12,995 nt of DNA, taken from Candidatus Bathyarchaeota archaeon (lineage in GTDB: Archaea; Thermoproteota; Bathyarchaeia; Bathyarchaeales; Bathycorpusculaceae). The first letter of the stretch is position 1. Every line of letters starts with the position of its first letter. Below, piece after piece: positions 8,319 through 12,995 of the stretch. The stretch lies in contig CAVYHV010000011.1 in the NCBI GenBank assembly GCA_963768425.1, forward strand, positions 1 through 12,995. The letters run 5' to 3'. The position numbers were made by a program, and so were the translations under genes. The notes beneath the pieces were generated by a model. It was not told where the DNA came from. It saw nothing but the letters and a program-made list of their open reading frames with translations, and did no database searches.

Positions 8319-8531
8319 TTACGCCTCAGGTTTATGAATGAATATTAATACACCCAAAATAATTGATCCAACTCCTAAAATAATAAACATTATTGGTGCA
8401 AGTCCACCATTCATTGAATAGACGTTATCAACTATTCCCCATATAGCTGATGAACTTAAAAGTATTCCAATTAGAATAATTGCAATTCCGCCAAGTAAAT
8501 TATCCCTGTGTTCTTCCTTTACATTTGACAT
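8319..8531 (-). CDS. Hypothetical 70-aa two-TM membrane protein
   Basis: Intact ORF with two Gly/Ile-rich hydrophobic helices. AT-rich. Minus-strand TTATAAAT box at 8581-8588. Confidence 0.65.
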   Translation of the reverse strand: MSNVKEEHRDNLLGGIAIILIGILLSSSAIWGIVDNVYSMNGGLAPIMFIILGVGSIILGVLIFIHKPEA

Positions 8532-8608
8532 TCTAGTAGGAACTTCATTTCATTATATTACGTAAACGAAGTTAGATTACATTTATAATTGACATTCAAG
8601 TAGAAATT
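8525..8608. repeat. Imperfect 20-bp direct repeat, 64-bp spacing
   Basis: TTGACATTCTAGTAGGAACT (8525-8544) vs TTGACATTCAAGTAGAAATT (8589-8608), 17/20 identical. Confidence 0.5.
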
Positions 8609-8713
8609 CTTTCCCATTGTAATCTTCCGGTTCCTATCATCACTTATCTGCAATATTCTTGCCGTGTCTTAGCCCCTTAGCACGTGATCTTCTTTTGTCA
8701 ACAGCAACCTTAG

Positions 8714-10103
8714 TTAGAGGTAGATTTTGATTCTTGTGAATCTCTGCCAGATACGCAGCTTCAACAAAGAGCCGAGATTGTGCCTGATTGCCCACAGAAG
8801 TCCAAATAACACGAGTGCGAACCCCAAATACTGAAGATACATTAGAAAGCTGTAATTGCTTACTGGCGAGAAATTAAAAAACGAGTAACCAAGATCAACA
8901 GTTGCTATCCACTCTTAACTGCAAATAATTTAACGTGGAAATTACGTTCGCAATAAATATGCTATAAAATATCGTCGCGGCCAGCAAAATTGCCCCTGTG
9001 AGAGCGGTTGAAAAGTAGAGTGACTTTTTTAGTTTCGTTTTTAATTTTGCCGATTTAAACAGTGTAACGCTTTTGCTCGCTAAGGATGCCGCTAACAGAC
9101 TGAAGAAAGGCAGAGATTGATAATCATATTTTACGGCGTTAAGATAAGGTGCATTAAGGTTCAAATTAAAGCCCAAAAAAAAGTCCACACTTAAAATAGT
9201 CACTATTGTCGCCAGACAAATCAAGTCAAAAGTAAATGTTTTCGAAAAGGTTTTCCGAAATGAGAAACAAATAAGCAGTGAAAAAACCACTGCAAGAATA
9301 AAGAAAATGCCCAAGCCAAACTCTTCGAGGAAAGTGCTGATAAAAAAGGGAGAAGGAGCAACGCTGGCTGGATTTAAACCGATGAAGTCGCTACTTTGGA
9401 AAATGTGAAGTATTCCTTGCCCTGAAATTACTTGATACCAAAGAAAAGAAAATAGTAGGACGGGTATGAAAAACGCTCCAAACCAGCCGAACCTTGCTTT
9501 AGCTTCTTAGGCCGGAAATGAACGTAGAGCAGCATCAGTGGAATCAATATGAAAATGGCGAAGAACTTTGTCAGGAAGGCAGCGGCAAAGAGGACTCCTG
9601 TCACCGTAAAAAGTTTAAATGAACCTTTGCGAATGGCGATGATTCCTACAAGTAAGCAGAGCAGACTCAAGAAGAGACACTGTGCGTCGATAAGGAAGCT
9701 TCTTGAAAGAACGAGTTCCCATGGGGTTAAAGCGAAGAGCACAGCTGCAAACAACCCTGTTGATTTGCCGTACAGTTCTCTGCCAATTTTATATACTAAG
9801 ACAATGGATCCAAGCCCAAACAACGTGACTAAAGTTGTGTCCGTGTTGATTGTGAGCCGAAGATTTTGAAGAACAATGCTTCAACGTAGAAGCCTACCGG
9901 TGGCTGGTTCATTATGTTGCCCCAACTTATCACATAGGGCATGCCCCACTTGACTACCCCAACTGCAGCCTGATATTCCCATGCGGTATCATCGTTTTGG
10001 ATAGGGCCCTATTGAAAGAGAAACAAGCATAATCCCGATAAGAATGCTTAACAAGGAGAAATTTTCATTAACCAGTTTCCTTAGGGCAAGCTTTCTCAAG
10101 CAT
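8714..10103 (-). CDS. GT-C fold glycosyltransferase (PMT_2 / ArnT / GT39-like), multiply frameshifted
   Basis: GAGGTG SD before ATG 10103. N-terminal TM, then NDDTAWEY (acidic pair), MNQPPVGFY, LVYKIGRELYGKSTGLFAAVLFALTPW...SRSFLIDAQCLFLSLL, AAAFLTKF, YQSLPFFSLLAA and many TMs. The last frame ends at TAA 8714-8716; an alternative frame ends near 8641. Confidence 0.85.
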
Positions 10104-10338
10104 ATTTACACCTCTCACGCCTTCAAACATGGCTAATTGAAATTTTAAGCCCGCGCTTGATAAAGCAGCAATTCTCCAACCTCTCAAGGTAAGCATATAC
10201 AGTTATGGATTCGCTTAAATAATTAATTGCATTCGGGTCTGCCACCAACCTATAAAAAAAATTTCAGGGATTCAATTAAACGTAATTTAGCCTTTTTGAG
10301 CGCTAAAATTAAAATATTAAAGAAATGGTTAAGGGTTT

Positions 10339-11016
10339 TTATTCTCTGCTTGAGAGTATCAGGATGTAGTCTGCTGTGTCTGCGCACATGTCTGCTGCTT
10401 GCTCGATGAATTCTATCAGGTCGTCGAATATCACCATGGCTCCGCAGTTTATGTTTACGCCGTATTTCACGAATAAGCTTTTAGTTTTAAGGTATTCAAC
10501 GTCTATTGCGTGTTCTATTTCGCCGACTTTTTTTGCTTCATTTATGGCTTCTGTTGGGTTTGATGAGATTTTTTCTATGCTGTTTCTTAATGTCTGTGCT
10601 GTTTCCACAAGTTTTCCAGTCATGAAAACGGTTTTTTCGCATAGCTCCTGCGGGATTTCAGCCCCAGAGAGCATTTCAAGGCATCTTGCAGCATCTTTAG
10701 TGTGGTCTGCCAGCGTATCTAACCGTTTAACAAGGTGTAAGAGGTCTTCGCGGTAATCTGCTACAAGAGCTGCGCCCTTGGATAACTCCATGAAGACGTC
10801 TGTTCGAAGCTGGTCAACGCCTTCCTCAGTTTTATATAAGTTTTCAATGTATTTTTGTGCTTCTTTAAAGTTTTTTTCTGAAAAGCTTTTGGTTGCTTTA
10901 TGCAGCCATGTTACAGTATCAAAAGCCTTTGTTATTTGATCATGAGCAAGTTCTAATCCTCTGGTTTTGCGGCGCTGCTCAAACCAATCGTAACTTTTTC
11001 TTTCCACTCTCATCAC
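10339..11016 (-). CDS. DUF47 / PhoU-like phosphate transport regulator family protein
   Basis: Intact 225-aa helical protein with the duplicated motifs ExxxDxLR...REDLLHLVKRLDTLAD and EHAID...IEQAADMCADTAD. The true start may be GTG at 11007. Confidence 0.88.
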   Translation of the reverse strand: MMRVERKSYDWFEQRRKTRGLELAHDQITKAFDTVTWLHKATKSFSEKNFKEAQKYIENLYKTEEGVDQLRTDVFMELSKGAALVADYREDLLHLVKRLDTLADHTKDAARCLEMLSGAEIPQELCEKTVFMTGKLVETAQTLRNSIEKISSNPTEAINEAKKVGEIEHAIDVEYLKTKSLFVKYGVNINCGAMVIFDDLIEFIEQAADMCADTADYILILSSRE

Positions 11017-11133
11017 TCTGTTACATTATTGAATGGGTTTCAGATATAACCCTTCTCTTAATACCGCATCCAAAGATAACTTTAACATACTTGTCTTTTC
11101 TTGCGAAATGCTTACTTTTTAGGGATGTCACGC

Positions 11134-11220
11134 TTAGCATGCATCAATCGCCAAGAGCCAATCTACAAGATCACTCTTTTTAGCTTGTGCTTGCCTTTTG
11201 CTGCCTGCTTTTCCCTTCAC
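11134..11220 (-). CDS. Putative 28-aa small protein MKGKAGSKRQAQAKKSDLVDWLLAIDAC
   Basis: GTG start with a GAGGGGG SD-like run 6 nt upstream; TAA at 11134-11136. Same strand as the neighbouring genes. Confidence 0.45.
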   Translation of the reverse strand: MKGKAGSKRQAQAKKSDLVDWLLAIDAC

Positions 11221-11262
11221 AATTTACCCCCTCAATCAACTATTAAGACGCTTAACCATGCA

Positions 11263-11331
11263 TTACACATGGATGAAGTACCATGGCGCTTCGAGTTCTG
11301 TGCATCGTTTTTTTGCTTTCTTCCTCTGCAT
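11263..11331 (-). CDS. Putative 22-aa small protein MQRKKAKKRCTELEAPWYFIHV
   Basis: ATG at 11331 with a weak GAGTG upstream; TAA at 11263-11265. Basic N-terminus and aromatic C-terminus, like the adjacent small ORF. Confidence 0.3.
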   Translation of the reverse strand: MQRKKAKKRCTELEAPWYFIHV

Positions 11332-11425
11332 GGCACTCTTATGTAGTCAATCTTTTTTTGCCTTATTTATGCTATCCAAATAGTATATAGAGAGTAACCT
11401 AGTCTATATATTGCAGACTTTTATG

Positions 11426-12343
11426 TTAGTCTTCCAGAACAGTCTTCGCCAACCGCACTTTATCTTCTAAACTCTTCATCACGGTATCTGTCACTTTCAC
11501 CTTGATTCCAAGCTGTTCTATCTGGTTCTTCTCCCCGGCATCCTTAATGTCAATCACAAAAGTATCAAGAAAATCCGCATAAAGCTTAGCAACAGAAAAC
11601 GCTGAAACCTCAAAACCTAAACCACGCAGCAGTTTATCTGCAGGACCCTTAATCGGAGCACCAGCAACTATTGGACTAACCCCGACAACTTTGGCACTTG
11701 TCCTCTTCAATGCGTCTCTTATTCCATCAACCGAGAGAATGGTGCCAATGCTAACCACCGGATTGCTGGGACAAATAACAACCATTTCCGCATCAACAAT
11801 TGAATCTACAGCTTTAGGCGAAGGTTTCGCGTGAGCAGCGCCAACAAATTCTACACCTAAAACCTTATCCTTGGCTTGTCTTTTAACAAAATATTCTTCG
11901 AAATGAACTAACCCTTCCTCGATTTTTATCCAAGTCTCAAACTTATCATCCGTCATTGGCAAAATGGTAACCTTAAGCCCTAAGGCATGGCAAATCTCGT
12001 CGGTCACCTGCGAGAGCGTGAAACCTTTGTTTAACAAATTCGTCCGAAAAATATGAGTTGCAAAATCCTTATCACCCAAACTAAACCATGTTTCTAAGCC
12101 CAATTTTTTGATCATTTCGAGACACTGAAACGTGTCGCCTTTTATTCCCCAACCTTTTTCCTCGTCAACGATACCTGCTAAAGTGTACGCTACAATGTCG
12201 ATGTCCGGCGAAATGTGCAAACCGAACATTTCAATGTCGTCGCCAGTATTCACAATTACCGATAAATCTTCCTCTTTAACAAGTTTCGTTAAGCCAGTGA
12301 GAAATCTGGCGGCGCCAACCCCACCTGCTAAAGCCGTAATCAT
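11426..12343 (-). CDS. cofD: 2-phospho-L-lactate transferase (coenzyme F420 biosynthesis)
   Basis: Intact 305 aa with the motifs LAGGVGAARF, VNTGDD, ISPDID, WFSLGDKD, PMTDD, HFEEYFV, PSNPVVSIGTIL, SPIV and KGPA. Confidence 0.96.
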   Translation of the reverse strand: MITALAGGVGAARFLTGLTKLVKEEDLSVIVNTGDDIEMFGLHISPDIDIVAYTLAGIVDEEKGWGIKGDTFQCLEMIKKLGLETWFSLGDKDFATHIFRTNLLNKGFTLSQVTDEICHALGLKVTILPMTDDKFETWIKIEEGLVHFEEYFVKRQAKDKVLGVEFVGAAHAKPSPKAVDSIVDAEMVVICPSNPVVSIGTILSVDGIRDALKRTSAKVVGVSPIVAGAPIKGPADKLLRGLGFEVSAFSVAKLYADFLDTFVIDIKDAGEKNQIEQLGIKVKVTDTVMKSLEDKVRLAKTVLED

Positions 12344-12362
12344 AAACTTTCATACCATCGAG

Positions 12363-12821
12363 TTAATGGTTGTGTTTTTCTGAAACCCAATATTCAACGG
12401 CAGAACCTTTTGCATCAACGATGCGTTCTTTTTTGAAAACCGGTGCTTCGCTTTTGTACCTTTCTACAGCTTCTCGCAGGACTGGAAAAATATCTGTTCG
12501 ATGAGAACCAGCAACTGCAACATAAACTAAATCGTCTCCAACATTGAATTCGCCGAGTAAATGGTGAATTTGAACGTTAACTATTCCTGGCTTTTGGGAT
12601 AAATCATTACATATTTTGCCTAAGACTTGATTGGCTTTTTCTTCATAAGCTTCAAGTTGGAGTTTTTCAACTTTTTGCCCCTTGAAAGTTTCCCCTCGAA
12701 CTACACCTATAAAAAGCCCTATCGCCCCAGCTTTGTGGTAATTGGGGTCTTTTTTAATGTTGTCGATAGTGTCTTAAACCGTAAAGGTTCCCTTTTCATG
12801 AACTCCCGCCTTTGCCGACAA
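12363..12821 (-). CDS. moaE: Molybdopterin synthase catalytic subunit MoaE, with an in-frame TAA at codon 16
   Basis: Not in the ORF track. From TTG 12821 (GGGTG SD): MSAKAGVHEKGTFTV*DTIDNIKKDPNYHKAGAIGLFIGVVRGE...LQLEAYEEKA...IHHLLGEFNVGDDLVYVAVAGSHRTDIF...VERYKSEAPVFKKE...YWVSEKHNH*. One frame throughout, with the internal TAA at 12774-12776. Confidence 0.92.
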
Positions 12822-12919
12822 ATACAATGCACCCTTAAAGTTTCATTAAAGAAATTTTTAGATTATCGTTTCTAAAGTATTTTGCCCTAAAAAAGAAGAA
12901 TTTGAAAATAAAGAATGGG

Positions 12920-12995
12920 TTATGCTTCAGCTTGAGCTACTGGAGCTGCTTGGGCTTCTTGCGTTTGCGCCTGCGCTTGTGGCGCTGCTAACAGC
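12920..12995 (-). CDS. 3' end of an upstream gene with an Ala/Gln-rich tail (partial, unidentified)
   Basis: LLAAPQAQAQTQEAQAAPVAQAEA* (TAA 12920-12922), followed by T-rich terminator-like tracts on the minus strand. Confidence 0.6.
   Translation of the reverse strand, partial: LLAAPQAQAQTQEAQAAPVAQAEA

Noticed and set aside
8461-8608. 64-bp-period repeats as a mini CRISPR array
   Set aside because: Only two imperfect copies, one overlapping a start codon. The possible third copy near 8461 is weak and coding, and there are no cas genes.
2406-10103. Programmed frameshifting or phase variation as the cause of the broken genes
   Set aside because: The indels are too numerous and mostly not at long homopolymers or simple repeats; error or decay is more parsimonious.
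9549-12875. Plus-strand ORFs 9549-9869, 10227-10409, 10376-10756, 10893-11183, 11101-11346, 11198-11383, 12132-12383 and 12627-12875
   Set aside because: Antisense to the GT-C, DUF47, small ORF, cofD or moaE genes, with no independent support.
12920-12995. Assigning the Ala/Gln-rich tail to a specific gene, such as a ribosomal protein
   Set aside because: Only 24 low-complexity residues are visible, which is not enough to identify it.

Overview
Archaeal chromosomal segment, most consistent with Bathyarchaeia (inferred from the class I LysRS, cofD, the archaeal tRNA/promoter style and a characteristic large PQQ-like propeller surface protein). The flanks read cleanly: the 3' end of lysS and a tandem double Lrp/AsnC regulator on the left; a DUF47/PhoU-like gene, cofD, moaE (one in-frame TAA) and the tail of an Ala/Gln-rich CDS on the right. 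Between them (~1.8-10.1 kb) is a cell-surface block riddled with indels. It holds a ~900-aa secreted PQQ-like beta-propeller protein with a C-terminal membrane anchor, a 7-blade YVTN propeller + 3 Ig-like domains + PEF-CTERM protein, a tRNA-Arg(GCG) that appears to carry a non-canonical D-arm intron, two small membrane proteins (one with a frameshift-hidden zinc ribbon) and a PMT/ArnT-like GT-C glycosyltransferase. The indels also hit the tRNA, so many are probably sequencing/consensus errors. I see no integrase, transposase, reverse transcriptase, CRISPR or defence system. The best leads are the interrupted tRNA, the double-Lrp + surface-propeller cassette, two unannotated basic small ORFs and a structured ~120-nt element after lysS.
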